Positions 11,005-21,074 of a stretch of DNA of 32,000 nt are shown here, piece by piece. A program made the translations under genes and the position numbers. The notes below the pieces were generated by a model. That model saw only the letters and a list, made by a program, of their open reading frames with translations, was not told where the DNA came from and did not search any database. The stretch's first letter is position 1. Each line of letters begins with the position of its first letter. Origin of the DNA: Escherichia coli (lineage in GTDB: Bacteria; Pseudomonadota; Gammaproteobacteria; Enterobacterales; Enterobacteriaceae); assembly GCF_044324795.1 (NCBI RefSeq), contig NZ_CP172134.1; one strand, given 5' to 3'.

Positions 11005-11901
11005 ATGATTCGTGTTGCTTGTGTAGGTATTACCGTGATGGATCGTATTTATTACGTGGAAGGATTACCGACGGAGAGCGGTAAATACGTGGCGAGAAAT
11101 TATACGGAAGTTGGTGGCGGGCCAGCGGCGACGGCAGCGGTTGCGGCGGCAAGGCTGGGGGCGCAGGTCGATTTTATTGGTCGCGTCGGTGATGACGACA
11201 CGGGTAACAGCCTGCTGGCAGAGCTGGAATCCTGGGGCGTTAACACCCGTTACACCAAACGGTATAACCAGGCGAAATCTTCGCAATCCGCCATCATGGT
11301 GGATACCAAAGGCGAGCGGATAATCATTAACTACCCCAGCCCGGACTTGCTGCCTGACGCAGAGTGGTTGGAGGAAATTGATTTCTCTCAGTGGGATGTT
11401 GTGCTGGCGGATGTACGCTGGCACGAAGGTGCTAAAAAAGCTTTCACCCTGGCCCGGCAGGCGGGCGTGATGACTGTTTTGGACGGGGACATTACGCCGC
11501 AGGATATCAGTGAGCTGGTGGCATTAAGCGATCATGCGGCCTTTTCAGAACCGGGTCTGGCGCGCTTAACGGGGGTGAAAGAGATGGCCAGTGCGCTAAA
11601 ACAGGCACAAACGCTCACAAATGGTCATGTCTATGTGACCCAGGGCAGCGCAGGCTGCGACTGGCTGGAAAATGGCGGGCGTCAACATCAACCGGCCTTC
11701 AAAGTTGATGTGGTAGATACCACAGGAGCGGGTGATGTTTTTCACGGCGCTTTGGCGGTGGCGCTGGCCACAGGTGGGGATTTAGCGGGGTCAGTCCGCT
11801 TCGCCAGCGGTGTGGCGGCGTTAAAATGCACGCGTCCCGGTGGACGAGCCGGGATCCCCGACTGTGATCAAACCCGATCTTTTTTGTCACTTTTTGTATA
11901 A
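11005..11901 (+). CDS. yihV: 6-deoxy-6-sulfofructose kinase (PfkB family)
   Basis: PfkB signatures GGGPAATAA and DTTGAGDVFHGA; 298 aa from MIRVACVGITVMDR. Confidence 0.95.
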   Translation: MIRVACVGITVMDRIYYVEGLPTESGKYVARNYTEVGGGPAATAAVAAARLGAQVDFIGRVGDDDTGNSLLAELESWGVNTRYTKRYNQAKSSQSAIMVDTKGERIIINYPSPDLLPDAEWLEEIDFSQWDVVLADVRWHEGAKKAFTLARQAGVMTVLDGDITPQDISELVALSDHAAFSEPGLARLTGVKEMASALKQAQTLTNGHVYVTQGSAGCDWLENGGRQHQPAFKVDVVDTTGAGDVFHGALAVALATGGDLAGSVRFASGVAALKCTRPGGRAGIPDCDQTRSFLSLFV

Positions 11902-11934
11902 AATGCCAGGGTGATGGTTTTTCGAGGAATTTTC

Positions 11935-12720
11935 ATGAGCCTTACCGAACTAACCGGTAACCCGCGGCACGACCAACTCCTCATGCTGATCGCCGAGCGT
12001 GGGTATATGAATATTGATGAGCTGGCAAATCTGCTGGATGTCTCCACGCAGACGGTCCGCCGGGATATTCGTAAATTAAGCGAGCAAGGACTGATTACGC
12101 GCCATCACGGTGGCGCGGGTCGGGCCTCCAGCGTCGTTAATACGGCGTTTGAGCAGCGTGAGGTTTCGCAAACTGAAGAGAAAAAAGCGATTGCCGAAGC
12201 GGTGGCAGACTATATTCCTGATGGATCGACAATATTTATCACCATCGGTACGACTGTTGAGCATGTTGCCCGGGCGTTACTTAACCATAATCATTTGCGG
12301 ATAATCACCAACAGCCTGCGTGTGGCGCATATTCTTTACCACAACCCGCGCTTTGAAGTGATGGTGCCTGGCGGAACGCTGCGTTCCCATAACAGTGGGA
12401 TCATTGGCCCTTCAGCGGCGTCCTTTGTGGCCGATTTTCGCGCCGATTATCTGGTAACAAGTGTAGGCGCAATTGAGAGCGATGGCGCGTTGATGGAGTT
12501 TGATGTTAACGAAGCTAACGTGGTGAAAACGATGATGGCGCACGCGAGAAATATTCTGCTGGTCGCCGATCACACTAAGTATCATGCTTCGGCGGCGGTT
12601 GAAATTGGTAATGTGGCACAGGTCACTGCGCTCTTTACCGACGAGCTGCCGCCCGCTGCGCTAAAATCACGCTTACAAGACAGCCAAATTGAAATCATCC
12701 TTCCCCAGGAAGACACGTAG
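11935..12720 (+). CDS. yihW: DeoR-family repressor CsqR of the sulfoquinovose locus
   Basis: DeoR HTH (MNIDELANLLDVSTQTVRRDIRKLSEQG); 261 aa from internal ATG 11935. Confidence 0.93.
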   Translation: MSLTELTGNPRHDQLLMLIAERGYMNIDELANLLDVSTQTVRRDIRKLSEQGLITRHHGGAGRASSVVNTAFEQREVSQTEEKKAIAEAVADYIPDGSTIFITIGTTVEHVARALLNHNHLRIITNSLRVAHILYHNPRFEVMVPGGTLRSHNSGIIGPSAASFVADFRADYLVTSVGAIESDGALMEFDVNEANVVKTMMAHARNILLVADHTKYHASAAVEIGNVAQVTALFTDELPPAALKSRLQDSQIEIILPQEDT

Positions 12721-12818
12721 AATTTTGTGACCGTTGACCTGCCTTCATACCTGGCCACATAGCCAAACCCATCCTTTCCCGCTACAGTTAATTTCTTGTG
12801 GCGCGAAAGGAGGCAAAA

Positions 12819-13418
12819 ATGCTCTATATCTTTGATTTAGGTAATGTGATTGTCGATATCGACTTTAACCGTGTGCTGGGAGCCTGGAGCGATTTAACGC
12901 GTGTTCCACTGGCTACGCTTAAGAAGAGTTTCCACATGGGCGAGGCGTTTCATCAGCATGAGCGTGGGGAAATTAGCGACGAAGCGTTCGCAGAGGCGCT
13001 GTGTCATGAGATGGCTCTACCGCTAAGCTACGAGCAGTTCTCTCACGGCTGGCAGGCGGTGTTTGTCGCGCTGCGCCCGGAAGTGATCGCCATCATGCAT
13101 AAACTGCGTGAGCAGGGGCATCGCGTGGTGGTGCTTTCCAATACTAACCGCCTGCATACTACCTTCTGGCCGGAGGAATACCCGGAAATCCGTGATGCTG
13201 CTGACCATATCTATCTGTCGCAAGATCTGGGGATGCGCAAACCTGAAGCACGAATTTATCAGCATGTTTTGCAGGCAGAAGGTTTTTCACCCAGCGATAC
13301 GGTCTTTTTCGACGATAACGCCGATAATATAGAAGGAGCGAATCAGCTAGGCATTACCAGTATTCTGGTGAAAGATAAAACCACCATCCCGGACTATTTC
13401 GCGAAGGTGTTATGCTAA
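12819..13418 (+). CDS. yihX: HAD-superfamily alpha-D-glucose-1-phosphate phosphatase
   Basis: [24 protein letters not shown] motif variant; 199 aa from ATG 12819. Confidence 0.92.
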
Positions 13419-14284
13419 AAACCATTCAGGACAAAGCCAGGCACCGTACCCGTCCACTATGGGCCTGGCTAAAACTACTCTGGCAACGCATTGATGAGGA
13501 CAACATGACAACCCTGGCAGGTAACCTTGCCTATGTGTCGTTGCTCTCATTAGTGCCGCTGGTTGCCGTTGTTTTTGCGCTTTTCGCCGCTTTTCCCATG
13601 TTTTCCGACGTCAGCATTCAGTTGCGTCACTTTATTTTTGCCAACTTTCTGCCTGCTACTGGCGATGTTATTCAGCGGTATATCGAACAATTTGTTGCCA
13701 ATTCCAACAAGATGACCGCCGTTGGGGCGTGCGGGCTGATCGTCACGGCGTTATTGTTGATGTACTCCATCGATAGCGCGTTGAATACCATCTGGCGCAG
13801 TAAACGAGCGCGACCAAAAATTTACTCGTTTGCCGTGTACTGGATGATTTTAACGCTGGGGCCGCTGCTGGCAGGGGCCAGTCTGGCGATCAGTTCCTAT
13901 TTGCTCTCCCTGCGCTGGGCGAGCGATCTCAATACTGTCATCGACAACGTGCTGCGTATTTTTCCGCTGCTGTTGTCGTGGATCTCCTTCTGGTTGCTGT
14001 ACAGCATCGTTCCTACCATCCGTGTACCTAATCGCGACGCGATTGTCGGCGCGTTTGTCGCCGCACTCCTGTTCGAAGCAGGAAAGAAAGGTTTCGCGCT
14101 TTATATCACCATGTTCCCCTCATATCAGCTCATTTACGGTGTGCTGGCGGTGATCCCCATTCTCTTTGTCTGGGTCTACTGGACATGGTGTATCGTCTTG
14201 CTTGGTGCGGAAATTACTGTCACTCTCGGGGAATACCGCAAACTAAAACAAGCAGCTGAACAAGAAGAAGACGACGAACCATGA
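13412..14284 (+). CDS. yihY: YihY/BrkB-family inner membrane protein
   Basis: 290 aa polytopic protein, start overlaps the yihX stop. Confidence 0.93.
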
Positions 14285-14718
14285 TTGCATTAATTCAACG
14301 CGTAACCCGTGCCAGCGTCACCGTGGAGGGAGAAGTGACGGGCGAAATTGGCGCGGGACTTTTGGTGTTATTGGGTGTCGAAAAGGATGACGAAGAACAG
14401 AAAGCAAACCGTCTGTGCGAGCGTGTGCTCGGCTATCGCATCTTTAGCGATGCCGAAGGCAAGATGAACCTCAACGTGCAACAGGCGGGCGGCAGTGTGC
14501 TGGTGGTTTCCCAGTTTACCCTCGCCGCAGATACCGAACGGGGGATGCGTCCAAGTTTCTCCAAAGGTGCATCACCGGATCGCGCAGAGGCGTTATATGA
14601 CTATTTCGTCGAACGCTGCCGTCAGCAAGAGATGAACACGCAAACAGGACGCTTCGCTGCCGATATGCAGGTATCGCTGGTCAATGATGGCCCCGTGACA
14701 TTCTGGTTGCAGGTATGA
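14281..14718 (+). CDS. dtd: D-aminoacyl-tRNA deacylase
   Basis: [33 protein letters not shown]..., 145 aa. Confidence 0.96.
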
Positions 14719-15704
14719 GCCAGCTTCCAGGGTTGTCACGGGAAACAAGAGAGAGTATCGCTATGTATCACCTTCGGGTTCCACAAACAGAAGAAGAATT
14801 AGAGCGTTACTATCAGTTTCGCTGGGAAATGTTGCGTAAGCCCCTGCATCAACCGAAAGGTTCGGAACGCGACGCGTGGGATGCGATGGCGCATCACCAG
14901 ATGGTCGTCGACGAGCAGGGTAATCTGGTGGCGGTAGGCCGACTGTATATTAATGCCGACAATGAAGCGTCCATTCGCTTTATGGCCGTTCATCCCGACG
15001 TGCAGGACAAAGGGTTAGGAACGCTGATGGCGATGACCCTTGAGTCGGTGGCGCGTCAGGAAGGCGTTAAGCGCGTGACCTGTAGTGCCCGTGAAGACGC
15101 GGTGGAGTTTTTTGCCAAACTGGGGTTTGTCAATCAAGGGGAGATCACTACCCCAACCACCACGCCGATTCGCCATTTTTTGATGATTAAACCCGTTGCC
15201 ACTCTGGATGATATTTTGCATCGCGGCGACTGGTGCGCGCAGCTGCAACAGGCGTGGTACGAACATATCCCGCTGAGTGAAAAAATGGGCGTGCGCATTC
15301 AGCAATATACCGGGCAAAAATTTATCACCACCATGCCGGAAACCGGTAATCAGAATCCGCACCATACGCTGTTTGCCGGGAGTTTATTCTCACTGGCAAC
15401 GCTCACCGGTTGGGGGCTTATCTGGCTGATGCTGCGTGAACGCCATCTGGGCGGTACGATTATTCTGGCGGATGCGCATATTCGCTACAGCAAGCCGATT
15501 AGCGGTAAACCTCATGCGGTAGCCGACCTCGGTGCCTTAAGCGGCGATCTCGACCGTCTGGCGCGCGGGCGCAAAGCGCGGGTACAAATGCAGGTCGAAA
15601 TCTTTGGCGACGAGACGCCGGGCGCAGTGTTTGAAGGCACGTATATCGTTCTGCCCGCGAAGCCATTTGGCCCGTATGAAGAGGGCGGGAACGAAGAAGA
15701 GTAG
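14715..15704 (+). CDS. fabY: FabY / YiiD, N-terminal GNAT domain plus C-terminal hotdog (YiiD-C) domain
   Basis: 329 aa; GNAT-type region ([18 protein letters not shown]) plus C-terminal thioesterase-like domain. Confidence 0.92.
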
Positions 15705-15709
15705 CTGAT

Positions 15710-15740
15710 GGAGAGGGGCGGTGCTGCCTCTCTCATTCTT
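15710..15740 (+). terminator. Likely intrinsic terminator downstream of fabY
   Basis: GAGAGG...CCTCTC stem followed by tcattctttc. Confidence 0.45.
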
Positions 15741-16119
15741 TCAGGTCATTTACATCAGCCCCTGACTATTTCGGTTATATTGAATAAGAACTCCATAAAT
15801 TTTTATTCTTCGTTGGCACCATACGTGTCTTGCTACATCACTGTTCAGGAGCATTTAAATATTATTTGTAGAGCTGAGTGGCAATTATCGCTGATAATGC
15901 TTAATTCATCATCTTAGTTCAGGTTTGAGCGATTTTTGATAGTCAAAATCCCCTCTGGTGCCATACTTTTCTCATAAATATTTTTAAAATCTATAGCTAA
16001 CAAACATTATGCAAAGATAATGGACTGGCGTCATTGTCAGTATCATTCATTTACTGCTTCTGGATGTTGTAAATAATTATGTGGCATGTTTGCTCTTAAA
16101 CCGTGGGAAGGAGGCTGTA

Positions 16120-17934
16120 ATGGTTGCCAATATTAATCTCATTAAACAAGAAAGTTATTCTATTGTTAATTTAGAAAAACAACTAATGAGTAATGAATCA
16201 CCGAAGCAAACGCTATTAAATGATTTTTCACATCGCCTTAAAATGGAAAGTGAGGAGCAACTGTGCGATTGTGTTAACGAACTTAAACTCGGGTTGTCGA
16301 GTAATAATAAATATGACCTGTTTAAAAATAAAGAAACCTCACTGTGGAAACGCAAAGTACCAGAAAGTGCAGCGCTGGCAATGACGGGAACAGTATATAA
16401 ATTATTTGGTAGTCGCTTACTCAACGCCCGCAATCAGTTAGATAAAAATCTCCTCGAAATGGCTATGCAAATGGTTTATGGCAAAGATATGGTGACAAAG
16501 TCCGGGGATATATTGATTGATATACAATTAAACAAGGATGGCAGCCTCCAGAGTAAGCACTACACATTTGATGTAGGTGAAGTTATAAACAGTTATAATA
16601 TTGACCTCTTTGTGAATGCTTCGAGTATTAATCAAACTTACTTACATGATAAAAATCCTGGTGACGTTATTAGCCTGTATGGCACTTTAGATAACATTCC
16701 TCTTGTAGTTAAGGAATGCACGGGTAAAAATCATCAAATTAACGTTAAAGCCAAATTGCCTCAAGAACAAAGTGAAAAAGTTGAGGATATGTGTGAAAGA
16801 ATGAGAGGTGGCATCTCTATGTTTAATCACACTACAAAAACAGCTGGTAATATAGAGCATAATTTGCAGCTAAGTTTTCTCGTGGATTCACGACCGTCGA
16901 TCACAAATAAATACTCAGCCAAAGATGTAGGGGAAGATATACTTGCATTGCCCGTCAACGTATATCATGCAGATTTTAAAATTAAAATCAATAATGCAGT
17001 AGAGAAGGCTTCGTCAATTGTGTTATGTGCTGTGCAAAAAAATCTCCATGCAGCAAGAAAGGTTCTTAGCGGGATAATAGGAAATGTGCCAAAAAATAAT
17101 AAACCAAAAACAATCATTTTTGATTTACGTTTTCTTAGTGCAATTAAGCAGAAAGTTTTTTTGGGCAGTGAAAAACCGTTGTTTGTAAAGCATACCGCAA
17201 TGATGAGGGAGGCATGTGAGGAATTACCGCAGTCAGTGGAATATGTTCCTTTAGCCTGTGAAGCGCATAGCCATCGCAGCGTCGCCCTTGCCAAAACCGT
17301 GGCTGCGCCCATCATGGCGACAGGTTTGGGCTCGGCTTTAATGTATGCAACATCATCAGGACCGTATTATGCACAAAGTCTTTCTGGTTCGCCGGATATC
17401 GAGATGATAAAAAATCGCATGGCTCAATTGTTTACCCAGTTGGATGCTTCTGTGCGCAACAAATATCGCCCGGCTTTTGATAAATGGAATGAGCTGGTAG
17501 ATAAATTAAATCACGAAAGAAATACAGTTCCGTTTGCGTGTTTGACCACCATTTTAGCGACGGCGATAAATGAAACTCCTGAGGGGGATACGAATGTTGC
17601 CGTTGTGATGGGGTGTAAATCTGCGAAAGATCGCACGATATCCATTGTCCTTGGCAACTCGATGTTGCAAACACTCTTTGAAAAACGCCTCGCTGATGAT
17701 GGAGAAATAGAAAATCTTGTTGATCAACAGGGATATTTTAACTGCGATTCATTAACAGCCGAAGAATTAATGATATTAAAAGACCTTTTTGATATTCGAG
17801 TTCTTCATGTCTCTAACAAATTCAATGTTGGGTTTCAAGGTAATATCAACACTGATGTTTTACAAGATTCGTTTTTTAAAAATGTCGATTTCATTCATGA
17901 ATCTAGCTCGTATACCGTAGGGATGGGAGTCTGA
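16120..17934 (+). CDS. Candidate SopB/IpgD-like inositol-phosphate phosphatase effector, divergent (604 aa)
   Basis: Strong RBS GGGAAGGAGGctgtaATG at 16120; 604 codons without stop; C-x5-R motif VMGCKSAKDRT (17614-17637, Cys499) about 105 aa from the C-terminus, as in SopB/IpgD (CKSGKDRT); AT-rich; no adjacent secretion or chaperone genes. Confidence 0.65.
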   Translation: MVANINLIKQESYSIVNLEKQLMSNESPKQTLLNDFSHRLKMESEEQLCDCVNELKLGLSSNNKYDLFKNKETSLWKRKVPESAALAMTGTVYKLFGSRLLNARNQLDKNLLEMAMQMVYGKDMVTKSGDILIDIQLNKDGSLQSKHYTFDVGEVINSYNIDLFVNASSINQTYLHDKNPGDVISLYGTLDNIPLVVKECTGKNHQINVKAKLPQEQSEKVEDMCERMRGGISMFNHTTKTAGNIEHNLQLSFLVDSRPSITNKYSAKDVGEDILALPVNVYHADFKIKINNAVEKASSIVLCAVQKNLHAARKVLSGIIGNVPKNNKPKTIIFDLRFLSAIKQKVFLGSEKPLFVKHTAMMREACEELPQSVEYVPLACEAHSHRSVALAKTVAAPIMATGLGSALMYATSSGPYYAQSLSGSPDIEMIKNRMAQLFTQLDASVRNKYRPAFDKWNELVDKLNHERNTVPFACLTTILATAINETPEGDTNVAVVMGCKSAKDRTISIVLGNSMLQTLFEKRLADDGEIENLVDQQGYFNCDSLTAEELMILKDLFDIRVLHVSNKFNVGFQGNINTDVLQDSFFKNVDFIHESSSYTVGMGV

Positions 17935-18480
17935 CGGGTAAAACTCATTAGGATTATCAGAATTCGGACAATGCATTGCAAAAATGACATTCAAAGAGAG
18001 ATGTGTGCAGGCGCTTAGCCGCGAGGGGCATGGCGATGCCATACAGAAAGCACCAGCATTCAGAACTCCTGTGAAAGCGGCATAGTGGCCGCCTGTGCAG
18101 GAGTTTTGCTATGACCCGTATCGTGCTGACCGTTGCCACCCTATGATGCGATTAAAAAAACTCATCGTCGCGCCGATGATTGACGTCAATGCTATCGGAT
18201 GATACCGGGGGTGTTCCGGAAGGAATTCCTTGTTTCCCGAACTGTTACCAACAAAATTATAACGACGAGCAAGTAAAGACCGGTTGGTGGCAGCATTGAA
18301 CGGTCTGTGATGGATGTTAAATTTCACCTTAAATCCTGGTGCTGTTAGGATGCTGATGTTTTTCGGGTACACCATTCAGATTATGCAAATGAAGACCCAA
18401 TCAAAAAATAAATATCCCTGAATATAATATATTTATAGCACCCATATCTCATCCTGGGCGATAACTAAACCATTTTTGAT
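17935..18480. other. Non-coding/degenerate DNA between the effector-like ORF and the yiiE promoter region
   Basis: Only short ORFs with no family-like composition on either strand. Confidence 0.45.
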
Positions 18481-18490
18481 TAACAAATGA

Positions 18491-18583
18491 AACAACTGCA
18501 ACGTTCTTATTATTTCTGGAAAACGTCTCGCAAAAACAAAACAGCATGCAAAAATCCGCTTTTTTTAAATGATTTTTCGGCGT
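18491..18583. repeat. Imperfect direct repeat copy 1 (upstream of yiiE)
   Basis: aactgcaacgttcttattatttctggaaaacgtctcgcaaaaacaaaa...ccgctttttttaaatgatttttcggc resembles 18931-19020. Confidence 0.75.
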
Positions 18584-18629
18584 AATTTTCGCACATACAT
18601 TAATGAGTCATATATGTAAGGTATTGGTA

Positions 18630-18848
18630 ATGGCGATGAATACGGTTTTTCTTCATTTATCAGAAGAGGCAATTAAACGGCTGAACAAGCTTAGGGGCTG
18701 GCGTAAGGTTTCACGATCTGCAATTTTACGCGAAGCGGTAGAGCAATATCTGGAACGTCAGCAATTCCCGGTGCGTAAAGCAAAGGGAGGCAGGCAAAAG
18801 GGGGAGACAGTGGGTGTCGATGATCAGTGTAAGGAGCATAAGGAATGA
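18630..18848 (+). CDS. yiiE: YiiE, ribbon-helix-helix (CopG-type) DNA-binding protein
   Basis: VFLHLSEEAIKRLNKLRGWRKVSRSAILREAVEQYLER RHH fold pattern; 72 aa. Confidence 0.85.
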   Translation: MAMNTVFLHLSEEAIKRLNKLRGWRKVSRSAILREAVEQYLERQQFPVRKAKGGRQKGETVGVDDQCKEHKE

Positions 18849-18930
18849 CAAAAAATTTTTTATTCTTGAATATAAAAAACCAGATGCCCTTATTCTTGTA
18901 TTAATACAAGGTTGTTTTACTTGAACTTAT

Positions 18931-19020
18931 AATAACTGCAACTGTTACATCATATCTGGAAAACGCCTCGCAAAAATAAAAAATGATGCGTAAATGCGCT
19001 TTCTTTAAAGATTCGGCAAG
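18931..19020. repeat. Imperfect direct repeat copy 2 (upstream of yiiF)
   Basis: aactgcaactgttacatcatatctggaaaacgcctcgcaaaaataaaaa...tgcgctttctttaaagattcggc. Confidence 0.75.
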
Positions 19021-19067
19021 GGTACTTTTCTCTCCATAGATTCAAAAATGATATTGGCGAGATATTT

Positions 19068-19310
19068 ATGAACTCTCTGGCAGGTATAGATATGGGCAGA
19101 ATTTTACTCAATTTATCGAATGAGTTGTTTAAGCAACTTGATGATCTCGAGGTGCAGCGTAATCTTCCTCGTGCGGAGCTATTACGGGAAGCGGTAGATC
19201 AATACCTGGTAAATCAATCGCAAACAGCAAGAGCCAGTGCTTTTGGCATCTGGCAAGGGAGTGAGGAAGATGGTGTCGAATACCAGCGTAAGCTGCGCGA
19301 GGAATGGTAA
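19068..19310 (+). CDS. yiiF: YiiF, ribbon-helix-helix (CopG-type) antitoxin-like protein
   Basis: [40 protein letters not shown]...[13 protein letters not shown]. Confidence 0.85.
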   Translation: MNSLAGIDMGRILLNLSNELFKQLDDLEVQRNLPRAELLREAVDQYLVNQSQTARASAFGIWQGSEEDGVEYQRKLREEW

Positions 19311-19354
19311 TGGCAAAAATGATACCAATCAGATTGCTGACAACGAGCGCGTTG

Positions 19355-19375
19355 TTCATGCCGGATGCGGCGTGA
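19355..19375 (+). repeat. Left half of a REP/palindromic unit interrupted by the IS
   Basis: ttcatgccggatgcggcgtga, contiguous in REP consensus with acgccttatccggcc now at 20812. Confidence 0.85.
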
Positions 19376-19899
19376 TGAACTGCACCCCAAATGTTGGACA
19401 TAATCTGACATCTGAAGGTGCAGTTTATGAAACATTCATTTGAAGTAAAACTTGCCGCTGTAAATCATTACCTGGCTGGTCATGCAGGCATCATTTCTAC
19501 GGCAAAACTCTTTCAACTTTCTCACACCAGCCTCTCACACTGGATTAATCTTTTTCTTCTTCACGGTCCTCGGGCACTGGATTGCAGACACAAGCGTAGC
19601 TATTCTCCTGAAGATAAACTTTGCGTGGTTCTTTATGCTCTCGGGCATTCTGAGTCTCTACCCCGGGTAGCTGCCCGGTTTAACATTCCCAGCCACAACA
19701 CGGTTAAAAACTGGATAAAAGGCTACCGCAAATCTGGTAATGAGGCCTTTATCAGGCGCTGGAAGGAGAAAAGCATGACCCGTTCTGATGATACCCATGA
19801 AAACGAGGCAAACATGACGCCGGAAGAGATGAAGAATGAGCTGCGTTATCTTCGCGCAGAAAATGCATATCTGAAAGCCATGCAGGAGCATCTCCTGGA

Positions 19900-20807
<908 letters not shown>

Positions 20808-20811
20808 GTGA

Positions 20812-20895
20812 ACGCCTTATCCGGCCTACAAAGTCATGCAAATTCAATATATTGAAGTTTATTGGTAGGCCTGATAAGCGCAGCGCATCAGGCAA
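20812..20895. repeat. Right half of the interrupted REP unit plus a second REP in inverse orientation (BIME)
   Basis: acgccttatccggcctaca ... ggtaggcctgataagcgcagcgcatcaggcaat. Confidence 0.8.
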
Positions 20896-21074
20896 TCATA
20901 CGCTTGTCATCAGTGACATACCCATAACCTTATCGATGTGTTGGAGGGAAGAACGAGGCAAACAGACAATTGCGGCATGATCTTGAATGGGTAACGCGGA
21001 ATACGAGAGATAGTGTCGTCGCACCCTATGAGCTGTAATCCGGGCGACCAGCGCCACCCGGAAAACGTCAGAGA

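Noticed and set aside
16081-16119. GTG start at 16081 giving a 617-aa version of the effector-like ORF
   Set aside because: The ATG at 16120 has a near-ideal GGGAAGGAGG Shine-Dalgarno at proper spacing; the upstream 13 codons (MACLLLNRGKEAV) overlap that RBS and look non-coding.
18109-18375. 88-aa minus-strand ORF in the post-effector scar
   Set aside because: No convincing RBS or family-like sequence; treated as random open frame in degenerate DNA.
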